Below, piece by piece: positions 1-11,680 of a stretch of DNA of 64,000 nucleotides. Numbering within the stretch: the first letter of the stretch is position 1; each line of letters begins with the position of its first letter. The DNA is from Chiloscyllium plagiosum. Taxonomy: Eukaryota. A model generated the notes under the pieces. That model saw only the letters and a program-made list of their open reading frames with translations, was not told where the DNA came from and did not search any database. The stretch is taken from NCBI RefSeq assembly GCF_004010195.1, contig NC_057720.1, positions 8,052,012 through 8,116,011 of the forward strand, in the 5' to 3' direction. A program made the translations under genes and the position numbers.

Positions 1-17
1 ACGAAATGTACAGAAAG

Positions 18-78
18 ACAACAGTGAGTGAGAAAGAGAGAGTGAGAAAGAGAAAGTGAGAAAGAGAAAGAGAGATGG
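18..78. repeat. Degenerate (GA)n/purine-rich microsatellite
   Basis: gtgagtgagaaagagagagtgagaaagagaaagtgagaaagagaaaagagaga. Confidence 0.8.
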
Positions 79-145
79 ACAAAGGTTTGAATTTTACAAG
101 TGACTTTGGTGAGACTCTTGGAGATTGGGAGGCCATAAAAATAAT

Positions 146-516
146 GTCAGAAGTCACATGATGACAGGTTTATTTGAAATCACAAGCTTTTAGAGCGCTG
201 CCTCTTTTACATGTGAAGTTACCTGAAATGGAGTTATAGAACATAGAACATAGAACATTACAGCCAGTACAGGCCCTTCGGCCCTTGATGTTGCACCGAT
301 CTGTGAAGCCCATCTGCAGCCCATTATCATCTATATATTTATCCAATGACCATTTAAACATCTGTAAAGTTGGTAGGTCTACTACTGTTGACTTTACCTG
401 ATAAAGGAGCAGTGCTCCGAAAGCTTGTGATTTCAAATAAACCTGTTGGACTATTACCTGGTGTCATGTGACTCCTGACTTTGTCCACCCCGGTCCAAAA
501 TCGATACCTCCACATC
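146..516. mobile_element. PLE-derived foldback element (AGCT-hammerhead family) interrupted by a CR1 3' end
   Basis: The arm at ~150-215 (acaggtttatttgaaatcacaagcttt) is the reverse complement of the arm at ~395-480 (aaagcttgtgatttcaaataaacctgt). Same family as 8248-8892 and 35522-35717. Confidence 0.75.
234..390 (-). mobile_element. CR1 LINE 3' end
   Basis: (ATAGAAC)n tail followed by a 3'UTR matching the reverse complement of the CR1 end at 54370-54532. Confidence 0.8.
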
Positions 517-703
517 AGGAATATAATGGAGATCCATGACTCCACTGGGCAGGACTTATGCATTTAATAGGAAGGTCCTGGGCAGTGTTGCTGAACAAAG
601 ATATCTTAGAGTGCAGGTTCATAGCTCTTTAAAGCTGGAGTCGCTAGTAGAAAGAGTAGTGAAGAATGGTGTAGGTTTGCTCGCTGAGCTGTAGGTTTGA
701 TAT

Positions 704-743
704 CCAGATGTTTCATTACCTGCCTAGGTAACATCATCAGTGG
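704..743 (-). ncRNA. Minimal hammerhead ribozyme motif (inverted PLE arm)
   Basis: Reverse complement reads cca CTGATGA t gttacct aggc aggtaat GAAAC ATC tgg. Confidence 0.7.
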
Positions 744-1029
744 CGACCTCCAAGTGAAGTGAAGCTGTTGTGTCCTGCTTTCTATTTATATCTTTCTCCT
801 GGATGGGGTTCCTGTGGTTTGTGGTGATGTCATTTCCTGTTCATTTTCTGACAGGTTGATAGATGGCATCTAGATCTATGTGCTTGTTTATGGCGTTGTG
901 GTTGGAGTGCCAGGCCTCTAGGAATTCTCTGGCATGTTTTTGCTTAGCCTGTCCCAGGATAGATGTGTTGTCCCAGTCGAAATGGTGGTTTTTGTCATCC
1001 GTGTATAGGGCTACAAGGGAGAGGGGGTC

Positions 1030-2165
1030 GTGTCCATCAACATCGACCTGGCAAAGGAAACACTCGCCACACTTTTAGAACAGACCATCACACACACACC
1101 AACCACCATCAATCACATTACCAACGGAAACATCATGAAGCTAGTGGACCTGTGCCTCACCACCCACTTCCCTTTAAACAACATAGTCTACAAACAAACC
1201 AACGACGCTCCCATGGGATCTCCGCTATCAGGATTCATAGCAGAAGGGGTAATGCAAAGGCTAGAACTAACAGCCCTACCAACCATCAAACCAAAAATCT
1301 GGGTTCGCTACGTAGATGACTCCTTTGTCATCACAAAACGAAACAAGATAGAAGAGACATTTAACATCATCAACAACACCCTCACAGGCATAAAGTTCAC
1401 CAAGGAGGAAGAAACCGACAACAAACTCGCATTCCTGGACGTCACAGTAGAAAGAAAGGACAAGGGAGAATTACAAACCTGCGTATACAGAAAACCGACA
1501 AACACTGACCAAATACTTAACTACACCAGCAACCATCCCAACACACACAAACAAAGCTGTATCAGAACACTATTCCAATGAGCCACCACACACTGCAGCA
1601 CAGACAAACTTCGAAAAACAGAGGAGAACCACTTATACGACATATTCAAGAAGAAAGGATACTCAAAAAATACAGTGCGCAGATTCCTCAAGAACAAACC
1701 ACGACAAGCAGACCAAACACAGCCAGAAACCCTAACCACCTTACCATATATCAAAGAAGTTTCAGAAATGACAGCCAGACTACTGAGACCCCTCGGAATC
1801 CTAGTAGCACACAAAACCACCAACACTCTCAAACAAAAACTATAGTACAACCCATGGACAAAACCAACGTCATCTACAAAATTCCATGCATGGACTGCCA
1901 CAAACACTACGTAGGACAAACAGGAAGAAAGTTAGCGACCAGGATACACGAACACCAGCTAGCCACAAAAAGACACGACCCCCTCTCCCTCGTAGCCCTA
2001 CACACGGATGACAAAAACCACCATTTTGACTGGGAAAACACATCTATCCTGGGACAGGCTAAGCAAAGACATGCCAGAGAATTCCTAGAGGCCTGGCACT
2101 CCAACCACAACACCATAAACAAGCACATAGATCTAGATGCCATCTATCAACCCCTCAGAAAATGA
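1030..2165 (+). pseudogene. PLE reverse transcriptase plus GIY-YIG endonuclease, disrupted
   Basis: RT motifs APMGSPLS, WVRYVDDSF, FLDV, VYRKPT and endonuclease VIYKIPCMDCHKHYVGQTGRKL...EHQ. In-frame TGA at 1579-1581 and a frameshift near 1840. Confidence 0.93.
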
Positions 2166-2262
2166 ACAGGAAATGACATCACCACAAACCACAGGAACCC
2201 CATCCAGGACAAACATATAAATAGAAAGCAGGAGACAACAGCTTCGCTTCACTTGGAGGTCG

Positions 2263-2302
2263 CCACTGATGATGTTACCTAGCCAGGTAATGAAACGTCT
2301 GG
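2263..2302 (+). ncRNA. Minimal hammerhead ribozyme motif in PLE 3' pseudo-LTR
   Basis: cca CTGATGA t gttacct agcc aggtaat GAAAC GTC tgg: intact core, stem II, stem I cca/tgg, palindromic ACGT stem III. Confidence 0.85.
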
Positions 2303-2395
2303 ATATCAAACCTACAGCTCAGCGAGCAAACCTACACCCTAAACCTCAACCTGAGCTACAAACCTTCACAAACCTTGTGAGTAGTGAAGAAGTTG

Positions 2396-2591
2396 GGGGT
2401 CAAGAGTGTGATGCTAGAAAAGCACAGCAGGTCAGGCAGCATTCAAGGAGCAGGGGAATCAACATTTCAGGCATAAGCCCTGAAACATCGATTCTCCTGC
2501 TCCTCGGATGCTGCCTGACCTGCTGTGCTTTTCCAGCACCACACTCTTGACTCTGATCTCCAGCATCTGCAGTCCTCACTTTCTGTGTAAG
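2396..2591. mobile_element. Small PLE-derived foldback element (Neptune 3' end family)
   Basis: Inverted arms tcaagagtgtgatgctagaaaagcacagcaggtcaggcagca / tgctgcctgacctgctgtgcttttccagcaccacactcttga. 10-bp TSD GAAGAAGTTG at 2386-2395 and 2592-2601. Confidence 0.85.
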
Positions 2592-3109
2592 GAAGAAGTT
2601 GATTGGTACGCTTGCCCCTTATTGGTCAGTGCATTGAATATAGCAGTTGGAATGTCCTCTTGTGGCTGGATAGGACATTGCTTCGGCCACTTTTGGAAAA
2701 CTGCACATATTTCTGGTCTCCCTACTATAGGATGGATGTGGCGAAACTTGAAAGGATTGAGGAAACATTTACAAGGATGTTGCCAAGGTTGGAAGGTTCG
2801 AGCTATAGGGAGAGGCTGAATAGGCTGGGGCTGTTTTTCTGGAAGCATCAGAGGCTGAGGGATGACCTTACAGAGGTTTATAAACTCATGAGGGGCATGG
2901 ATTGGATAAATAGCAAAGGTCTTTTGACCAGGGTAGGGGAGTTCAAAACTAGAGGGAATAGGTTTAATGTGAGAGGAGAAAGATGTAAAAGGGACATAAA
3001 GGGCAACTTTTTCACGCAGAGGTGGTGTGCCTATGGTAGACCAAAGGGTCATCAGTTTCAGAGGTACCATACCTCAGTGAAGAGAACATGCAGCGCTATG
3101 GCTCCTGTA

Positions 3110-3487
3110 ATATTAGATTCCCAACAGTGTGGAAACAGGCCCTTCAGCTCGTTGGATGCTGCCTGAACTGCTGTGCTCTTCCAGCACCACTGATCCAGAA
3201 TCTGGTTTCCAGCATCTGCAGTCATTGTTTTTACCTTCAGCCCAAAGAGTCCACACTGACCCTCCAAAGAGTAACCCACCCAGACCCATTTCCCTCTGAC
3301 TATTCCACCTAACACTATGCGCAATTCACCTGGCCTGCAGGAAGAAACCGAAGCACCCAAAGGAAACCCACACAGACACGGGGAGAATGTGCAAATTCCA
3401 CACAGACAGTCACCCGAGGCTGGAATCAAACCTGGGACCTGGGTGCTGTGAGGCAGCAGTGCTAACCACTGAGCCACTGTGCCACCC
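3110..3487 (-). mobile_element. HE1-type V-SINE with a PLE 3' fragment inserted at ~3148-3236
   Basis: tRNA-like head ggtggcacagtggctcagtggttagcactgctgcctcacagc and V-domain tgtgtggaatttgcacattctccccgtgtctg on the minus strand. Confidence 0.85.
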
Positions 3488-4074
3488 TAATTGGAAGTCA
3501 AGCTTTGAGGACCTGCCCAATGAACACCGAGTAAGAGCCTTGATCCTGGAAGGTCACACCAGCCAGTCTGCTGATGGCTTGGCTGGGGTCTGGACTAATG
3601 TCAGGTTCCTGTTTCTGCAGACTGCATTCACCACTAGCTGACCATTGTAGGTTTTCAGTCCAGCAATACCCCAATTCTGAAACTCTGATCTTTTCTTTGA
3701 AAAACATCCATGACCTTGTTCCTCTTCCTCTGCAACCTCCTCCAGGTATAACACCCTGTCAGATGTCTGCACTGTTTCAATTCTGTCCATGTCTTCAGCT
3801 GTGAAAGCCCTAAGCTCTGAATATCTCTCTCAAAAGCTCTCCACTCTCTTGACATGCTCTCTCCTTTGAGAAATTCCTTAATATTTGTCTGGAACCATAG
3901 AATTAACAATTACCTTAAATGTGTGTTCTCTTGGTCTTGATCCTTCAATCAGTGGGAACAAGTTTTGACTAAACTTTTTGACCAAGCTTCTGGCTTGGTG
4001 TCAAGTTTTTATTAATAATATTCTTACAAAATGGCGAGCGTCTGTTTCTTAAAGGTACACAAATGCATGTCATT

Positions 4075-4290
4075 TATAGAATGCCTACAGTTGGAAGCAG
4101 CCCACAGCAACTCTCCAAAGAGCATCTCACCCAGCCTACCCCATTCTCTGTAGCCATGTATTTCCCATGGCCAGTGAGACGAAACCCAGGCAGACACAAG
4201 GGGGATGTGCAAACTCGACACAGTTGCCCAAGTCTAGAATTGAACCCAGTTCCCTGGTGCTGTGAGGCAGCACTGCTAACCATTAAACCA
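4075..4290 (-). mobile_element. Decayed HE1-type SINE
   Basis: Similar to 21708-22017, with internal deletions. Confidence 0.75.
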
Positions 4291-4969
4291 TCAGGTTGCT
4301 CTTGCTGTTGTTGTTGATTTCACTACAGGGAGGATAGAAGGAAGGGAAGAATACAATGTGGAGGATGTATTACTTGAAGCTCGGCATTAGAAAAGGTTGC
4401 TGATTGGGATACTGATCACAGTGGAGAGAGGACAACCATAGAAAACAATGGTGCAATGAAGAGAGATTGGAAGCCAAAGGCTGGAGCACATGGCTCACGA
4501 CTCACCAACTCCCTCAGACCAAGTCACACCGACTTGCTCCTCAATGTTAAGATCATTGTCATGACGAACACATCATCTCTGTTATAAAATAATCTGAAAT
4601 TGCACCAACAGTAATTAAAAGTTACTGAAATGGTTCTTCCAGATTGTCTCACAGAGAAACTACAAACTGTTATTCAATGCAGCAAAAGATGAGATTTGAC
4701 CATCGATTTTGTCTTTGATGGTTTTATGCTGTTTGTTCTGTGAATAGTTTTGCAACTCACACTGAGTACACAAATGCAACAAAAACCATGTCCAAAATAA
4801 AATCTTTGTTGAGCTAATTTCAGTTCAAGTCACGTTTTGATGCAATAGTACATAACCATCATTCACGATCCTTTTGCTCAAACGCAAGGGGTGAATCAAA
4901 CACGAGAGACTTCAGTTCCCTGGGCAGATTTGAGAAGTTTGTGGATGTTCTCGTTAGAGAAGAGATTTC

Positions 4970-5281
4970 ACAGAATCCCTACAGTCTGGAACCAGGCCAT
5001 ACCGCCCATCAAATCCCATCCAGACCCCTATTCTGTTCCTGTAACACTGTATATCCCATGGCTAAGCCACCTAGCTTGCACACCCCTGAACACTATGCAC
5101 AAATTGAGCATGGCCAATCCACTTAACTGCACATCTCTGGACTGTGCGGAGGCAGTACCCAGAGGAAACTCACACAGACACAGAGAGAACATGAAAACTC
5201 CACACAGTTGCCCAAGGCTGGAATCAAACCCAGGTCCCTGGCGCTGTGAGGTGGTAGTGCTAACCACTGAGCCACTGTGTG
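4970..5281 (-). mobile_element. HE1-type SINE
   Basis: Head ctggcgctgtgaggtggtagtgctaaccactgagccactgtg and CR1-like tail. Confidence 0.8.
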
Positions 5282-6394
5282 ACCTAATCAATTAATCAAG
5301 GTGCTCCAAGTTGCAATGAGTCTGGGTGGAGAAGAAAGGGATAAACCATTCCTTTTGGTGGAAAGAATGAGAATCACAGGATTCCAATTAAAGGCGATTG
5401 GGTAAACAACCAAATGTTTTCAAGAGGGAAAATGTTCACACAGGAGTGCCTATGATCTGGAATACACTACTTGTACATATGGTGCAGGTTAATTCAATTG
5501 TGGTCTTTGAAAGAGAATTGGTCAATTAACTGTAAAGAAATAAATTATAGGGTCAAGGAGAAATGTCAGGAATAGGACTTGCTGATTTGTTCATGAAGAG
5601 ATGTAGCAATAGTCCTTGTGCACTGAATGGCTTCTGTTCCTGCCGTAATAATTTGATGAATCTATTCCTTTGTTAAGCTTAGTCTGTTGCAACTGAGCCA
5701 GAGCATGGTGTGTGATCGAGACTTTGATCCCATTAGTTTTTCAATTGAGCAGAATTTGTTAAAAATCATGAATCAGCTCAGCTGATTCCCCAAGTGGTCA
5801 AAAAGCTGATGCAACCAAATGACATTGTCCGGTAGATCACTGGGTGTATTCATTACCTGTGCTGAGGGAGCCAGGGCAGAATTAAAGGTTTCCTTGAGTT
5901 CAGTCACATCCTATTTGGGGGAAATGGTGGAAGATTGCTAATGTCACTCAAAGGTCAGAGACCCAAGTTATTGCTTATTAACTAGTCCTTTTATTTCTGA
6001 AATTATTTCTCAGATGTTTTGCTGATGGTTTGGAGAATCCTTATTGAAACTCACCACCTGCACACAAACCTACCACTTCATCTAGTCTAACACCCAGTCC
6101 ATAGGGCACAGATCTTTAAGTTATATTTGGTTAGATGCATATACATGAGTTGATCAACCTGTATTTCCTCAATATACTGTCAATGTCTTTACATTCTTTT
6201 GCGCCATTTCAAACTCAGAACTCACCCTATTTCTCCCTTTCAGCCTTTGGCTTCCTCAGAATGTTGACAGCACTGAAAGAGACCATTCTGCCCATTCTGT
6301 CTCTGCCAGCTCACAATGTCATCTCTGCAGAATATTTCATAGAAAAATGCTACTATACACAGTCATTTGACATGAGTATTAAGGGCCTACATAC

Positions 6395-6660
6395 CAAAGG
6401 CGCAAACCTGATTTCTGGAGGAGACATTAAACACATGCCCGATCTGCAGTCTTGGGAAAATTCAAAAGGAACCAATGCTTTCAGAAGAGGAGGGAAGGTT
6501 CTGTCTGATGTTCTGACCAATGTTTCTCCCTCAAGCCAAAACCACAAAACAGACTCATTCATAATCTGTACACTTGCTGTGTGTAAACTGTGGCATTCCT
6601 GCACTCCCACAGAGATTACACTTCAAAGTACTTCATTGCTGTAAAACCGCTTGGAACATC
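6395..6660 (+). mobile_element. Decayed Deu-domain SINE (SacSINE1/AmnSINE1-like)
   Basis: cttgctgtgtgtaaactg...ttacacttcaaagtacttcattgctgtaaaa resembles the DeuSINE body and tail as recalled. Related copies at ~12270-12450/13780-13980, 15370-16040 and 56690-56980. Confidence 0.55.
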
Positions 6661-7520
6661 GAATCACAGATTTATACAGCACAGAAACAGACTTTTTGGT
6701 CCAACCAGTCCATGCTGAACACAATTCCAAACTAACCTAGTCCCATCTGCCTGCACTTGGCCCATATCCCTCCAAACCTTTCGTATTTATGTACTTATCC
6801 AAATGTCTTTTAAACATTGTAATTGTACTTGAATACATCACTTCCTCAGGAAGTTCATTCCATACTTGAACCACTCTCTGTGTAAAAAAAAATGCCCCTC
6901 GTGTCCTTTTGAAATCTTTCTCCTCTCACCTTAAAAATATGTCCCCTAGTTTCAAAGTCCCCAACCCAAGAGAAAAGTCACCTGCTATTCACCTTATCAC
7001 TTTATAAACCTCTATAAGGTCATTCTTCCACCTCCTATACTCCAGTGAAAAAAGTCCCAGCCTATCCAGCCTCTCCTTATAACTCAAACCCTCCATTCCT
7101 GGCAACGTCCTGGTAAATTTCTTTTGAACTATTTCCAGCTTAATAGTACTCTTCCTATAACTGGATGACCAGAACTGGACACAGTATTCCAGAAGAGGCC
7201 TCACCAACATCCTGTACAACCTCAATACGATGTCCCAACTCTGACACTCAAAGGTCTGAGCAATGAAGGCAAATGTGCTAAATGTCTTCTAAATTACCTT
7301 GAGGCAAACTTCAGAGAATTATGCGTCTTAACTCCAAGGTCTCTCTGTTTTACAATACTACCCAAGGCCCAACTTTTAATTGTATAAATCCTATCCTTGT
7401 TTGTTTTACCAAATGCAACATCTCGCATTTATCCAAATTAAACTCCATCTGCCACTCCTCAGCCCATTGACCCAACTGATCAAGATCTCCATGTAATCTT
7501 AGATAACCTACTTCACTGAT
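6660..7520 (-). mobile_element. CR1 LINE 3' fragment
   Basis: ORFs 6989-7225 (LVRPLLEYCVQFWS) and 7350-7847 C-terminus (DLDQLGQWAEEWQMEFNLDKC). Confidence 0.9.
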
Positions 7521-8247
7521 GATGACGAAGGCACTACATAAATGCACATTTCCCTTTTCCCCTCCTTGTCTCTGCAGGCGCTGCCTGGTCTGCTGAGTGT
7601 TTCCAGCTTCATCTATTTTTACTTGCGCTTTTTGGAGGAGAGAAATGTTATTCTTTATTCCATGTGTTTGAATGACAGGTTGAAATGCAACTGAAAGATA
7701 TGGAGAGAGATAAAGAGGAAACCAGATGGTGACTGACAAACATATTTTTAAAAACATAAAATAAATGAGGAACCTCATTAAATTTAAACAATCCATCATG
7801 CAAGGGCCTTCGATAAACAGGCCAGCAGTCACACTGTGCTGAGGCAAATGCTACTTTATAAAGAAGTTTTCAAAAAGTGTACAAGTTTGAATATTGCTGG
7901 CCCTGCACATTTTCTGTTTGCTATTTACAAATGTAGAAGGATGCTGTTTAAAACCAAGGTAGTACATCAGAATAAACTGGATCAATAATCCAAACTGAAA
8001 TCAAATCATCACATTGCCATTTTGGGAATTTGGATCCAGTTGACAAAGATGCATCCGCAAGACAAACTGCAAAACAGCTGGTTTAGTGCAAATGCCCACC
8101 ATCTGCAGATCAAGGGAGGACATTTACTGTCCTTTGCCAGCCTGGCCAACAATTGGCTCTCATCATACACCAATGAGATGGTCATCCCAACAGGAGGCAA
8201 GGCAATGTCCTTGTGGTATTATCACTGGACTATTAATCCAGAAACCC

Positions 8248-8892
8248 ATGATGTGGAGGTGCCAGTGTTGGACTGGGGTGGACAAAACCAAAAATCACTG
8301 AACATCAGATTATAGTCCAACAGGTTTATTTGGAAGTACAAGCTTTCGGAGCACTTCTCCTTCATCAGGTAGCTAGTGAGGCAGGACCATAGGACACAGA
8401 ATTTACAATAAAAGATCAAATTGTCATACAACTGATATGATGTTTCAAACAAAACACACTATCTGTAGGCAGTAGGTCCTTGTGACATTTTATAAATTCC
8501 TATTTTGGAAATAGAACCAGTATGACTCAAGGCTGGGATAGACAGACTCTCACCTCACACCTTAAAACATTGTCTGAGCTGAGATGTCACCTTTCTTTTT
8601 CATCAAACCTTCAGTTATCTCGGGACAGTGACTTGAAAGAGGTTCTAGGATTTACATATTAATAAGTTGAAACCTGCATTCCCATTCTCTGTGATTAAAA
8701 ACTTAACATCAATCTATGTTTGTTCAATACATCACATCAGTTGTATGACATTTTGAACTTCTACTATAGATTCCATGTTCTATGATCCTGCCCCACTAGC
8801 TACCTGATGAAGGAGCAGCACTCTGAAAGCTTGTACTTCCAAATAAACCTGTTGGACTACAAAATGATGTTGTGTGATTCTTAACTTTGTCC
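8248..8892. mobile_element. PLE-derived foldback element with ~175-bp inverted arms, each carrying a hammerhead motif
   Basis: ~8278-8452 is the reverse complement of ~8719-8892. Hammerheads at 8337-8371 (-) and 8801-8835 (+). Confidence 0.85.
8801..8835 (+). ncRNA. Minimal hammerhead ribozyme motif (AGCT family)
   Basis: tac CTGATGA a ggag cagca ctct GAAAG CTT gta: stem I tac/gta, palindromic AGCT stem III. Confidence 0.75.
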
Positions 8893-9469
8893 TCAGATCC
8901 AGGTAATGCTTTGGAGACCTGGGTTTGAATCCTGCCATCGAAGATGGTGGAATTTGAATTCAATGTAAATCTGGAATTAGGAGCCTGATGATGACCATGA
9001 ATCCAATTGTTGATTGTCAGAAAATCCCATCTGGTTCACTAATGCCCTTTAGGGAAGGAAACTGTCATCCTTACCTGGTCTGGCCGACAGGTGACTCCAG
9101 ACCCACAGCAATGTGGTCGACTCTTAACTGCCCTCTGGGCAATTAGGGATGGTAAATAAATGTTGCCCAGCCAGTGATGCCTTCAAATGGTGAATGAATT
9201 TTAAAAAGGAATGGATTGCTCAAAGAAGAGGTTCAGTTTCTGGGTCAAAAACAGAAATTGGCTGGAGAAACTCAGCAGGTCTGGCAATGTTTGAACAGAG
9301 AAAGCCGAGTTAACATTTTAAGTTTGGCTATCTTTCTTCAGTCAAGTTGGTATAAATGCTTTGGCGAGGGTAAGGAATGGTGTAAGTGGAAAGGTAGGGG
9401 CAGAGCCCAGGGAGAGAGAGAGAGACAGAGAGAGAGAAAAAAAGAGTCAGAGAGAGACAGGCAGATAAA

Positions 9470-9905
9470 TAGACAATAGACAATAGATGCAGGAGTAGGC
9501 CATTCTGCCCTTCGAGCCTGCACCACCATTCAATATGATCATGGCTGATCATCCTTAATCAGCATCCTGTTCCTGCCTAATCTCCATAACCCTTGATTCC
9601 ACTATCCTTGAGAGCTCTATCCAACTCTTTCTTAAATGAATCCAGAGACTGGGCCCCCACTGCCTCTGGAGCAGAGCATTCCACACAGCCACCACTCGCT
9701 GGGTGAAGAAGTTTCTCCTCATCTCTGTCCTAAATGGTTCGGCACTCACCCATCAGCGGAAACATGTTTCCTGCCTCCAGCGTGTCCAATCCTTTCATAA
9801 CCTTATATGTCTCAATGAGATCCCCTCTCAGTCTTCTAAACTCAAGGGTATACAAGCCCAGTCACTCAAGTCTTTCAGCATAAGGTAGTCCCGCCATTCC
9901 AGGAA
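9470..9905 (-). mobile_element. CR1 LINE 3' end inside a decayed PLE 3' region (~9235-10040)
   Basis: (AATAGAC)n tail and PFRTEMRRNFFTQRVV; closely similar to the 3' end of 19210-20063. Confidence 0.9.
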
Positions 9906-10484
9906 ATGTACTAAAACAGGGAAGGAGAAAAGCTGATAATGGGGATAATGAGTAGGTGAAAACAGGTTAGCCATTCTGAAAGCAACCTATGAAATTACAG
10001 GATCTGTAGCGTGGTGATGGGTAAGGGACATGCAAGAAGGAACCCATGAGTATTTTATGGATTTACTTTAGTTTTCAGGTTTTACATAAGGTCAGTGCCA
10101 GAACGTCATTGGAGCATGTGTGAAAGTCTACCTGGTGGGAGCTGGGCTGGGTCAGGGCATTGCTCCTTTCAGTGTGGGGCTCCGTCTGTTTAGAATTGTA
10201 GGAATAGGCCTTTCAGCCCTTGGAGCTTGTTCTGTCATTCAATATGGTAAAGGTCGATTCTGTATCTCAGCACCATATTCCCATTTTCACTTCATACCCC
10301 TTGTTGCCTTTAATGTCCAAACATTTAGGAGGCATTCCAGGACCTGATATTTTATTGAGAGCAGGGCAATGGAGTAGTTGTATGAGGGTTACTGAGTTAC
10401 CTCTCTGCCTGGGCAATGGATTATTAACTTCCAAATTCAACTATAACTACTTACCCAGCTCTAAAAAAATAAGGTTTTAAAGCT

Positions 10485-11080
10485 CACAGAGTTACCACAA
10501 TATAGAAAGTGGTCATTCAGCCCATCATTCCTGCATTGGTTCTATCACCTTGTGCCAATCTCCTGCCTTTTTTCCCGTATCCTTGCACATTTCTATCCAA
10601 ATAACCATCCAATGCTTTCTTGAATGCTTGCATGCCTGTCTCCACTTACATTTTCAGGCAATGCATTCTCATACACTGACAGCTCACATCACTCTTACAT
10701 CTTCTTCATTTCACTTTCAATATATGCCCTGCCACTCTTTTTACAATTGGGAACAGTCTATCTATTCTGTCCAGCCTGCTTATGTTTTTGAAAACCTCCA
10801 CTATATCTCCCCTCAGTCTTTTTCTCTCCAAGAAAACCAATCCCAAATTCTTCAATCTCTCCTCATTCTCAGAGCTGTTCTTGTGAACTATTTCTGCACT
10901 CTCTCCAATGCCTTCACATATATCCTATAAGTTTTTTCCCAGAGATGTATAAAATACTGCAGCTGAGATGCAACTTCTCTCCCTTGCCCTTTTACCCTTT
11001 ACCCCTATTTATAAAACCAAGGACAACTAATGTTTTCTTAACAGCTCCCTTCACCTGTCCTACTGCCTTCAATGATCTTG
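10485..11080 (-). mobile_element. Old decayed CR1 fragment
   Basis: Residual CR1 ORF2 and 3'UTR similarity (tttctgcactctctccaatgcc, cacctgtcctactgccttcaatgatc). Confidence 0.6.
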
Positions 11081-11207
11081 GCAAACTCTTACCTTCAAAA
11101 ATGAACTGGATAAGCACCTGAAAAGAAATTGCTCAGTTTTGAAGAAAGAGCCAATAGGTTGTGGTAAACAGGATATTTTCATGCAAATAATCAGCACAAG
11201 CACAATG

Positions 11208-11680
11208 AGTCATAGAGTCATACAACATGGAAACTGACCCTTTGGTCCAACTCGTCTGTTTGGACCAGATATCCCAAACTCATCTACTCCCATTTGCCAG
11301 CATTTGGCCCAAATCCCTCCAATCCCTTCCTATTCACATGCCCATCCAGATGCCTTTTAAATGTTGTCATTGTACCAGCCTCCACCACTTTCTCTGGCAG
11401 CTCATTCCATACACATACCACCCTCTGTGTGAAAAAGTTGCAGCTTAGGTCATTTGTAATTCTTTCCTCTCTCACCCTCAACCTAGGTCCTCCAGCTTTG
11501 GACTCCTCATACCCCGAGGCAAAAAAGCATTGGCGATTCACCATATCCACTGCCCCTCATGGTTTTATCAACCTCTATAAGGTCACCCCTCAGCCTCTGG
11601 CACTCCAGGGAAATCAGTCATAGCCAAATCAGCCTCTCCCTATAGCTCAAACCCTCGAACCCTAGCAACATCCTTGCCTG
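11208..11680 (-). mobile_element. CR1 LINE 3' end
   Basis: NFFTQRVVCVWNELPEKVVEAGT and (ATAGAGTC)n tail. Confidence 0.9.

Larger units (their letters stand above)
667..2378 (+). mobile_element. Penelope-like retroelement (Poseidon-type), 5'-truncated, with an inverted copy of its 3' end
   Basis: 668-~1034 is the reverse complement of ~1972-2338. The right arm has a ~40-nt extra tail. 13-bp TSD GAGTAGTGAAGAA at 654-666 and 2379-2391. Confidence 0.93.
565..3027 (+). mobile_element. CR1 LINE ORF2 3' fragment (565-666 plus 2592-3027) split by two PLE insertions
   Basis: ORF 2603-3166 carries the CR1 RT C-terminus (LLRPLLENCTYFWSPYYRMDVAKLERIEETFTRMLP...FFTQR). The 565-666 segment is the directly upstream ORF2 sequence. 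Confidence 0.85.
8205..9205 (+). mobile_element. tRNA-derived SINE 'family B', interrupted by a PLE foldback element
   Basis: Head gtggtattatcactggactattaatccagaaaccca resumes at ~8893 (gggtttgaatcctgcc B-box-like) and ends ...tgaatgaattttaaaaa. Confidence 0.75.

Noticed and set aside
6135..6644. 169-aa ORF
   Set aside because: Its 3' half overlaps a decayed SINE, and it has no recognisable domain or splice structure
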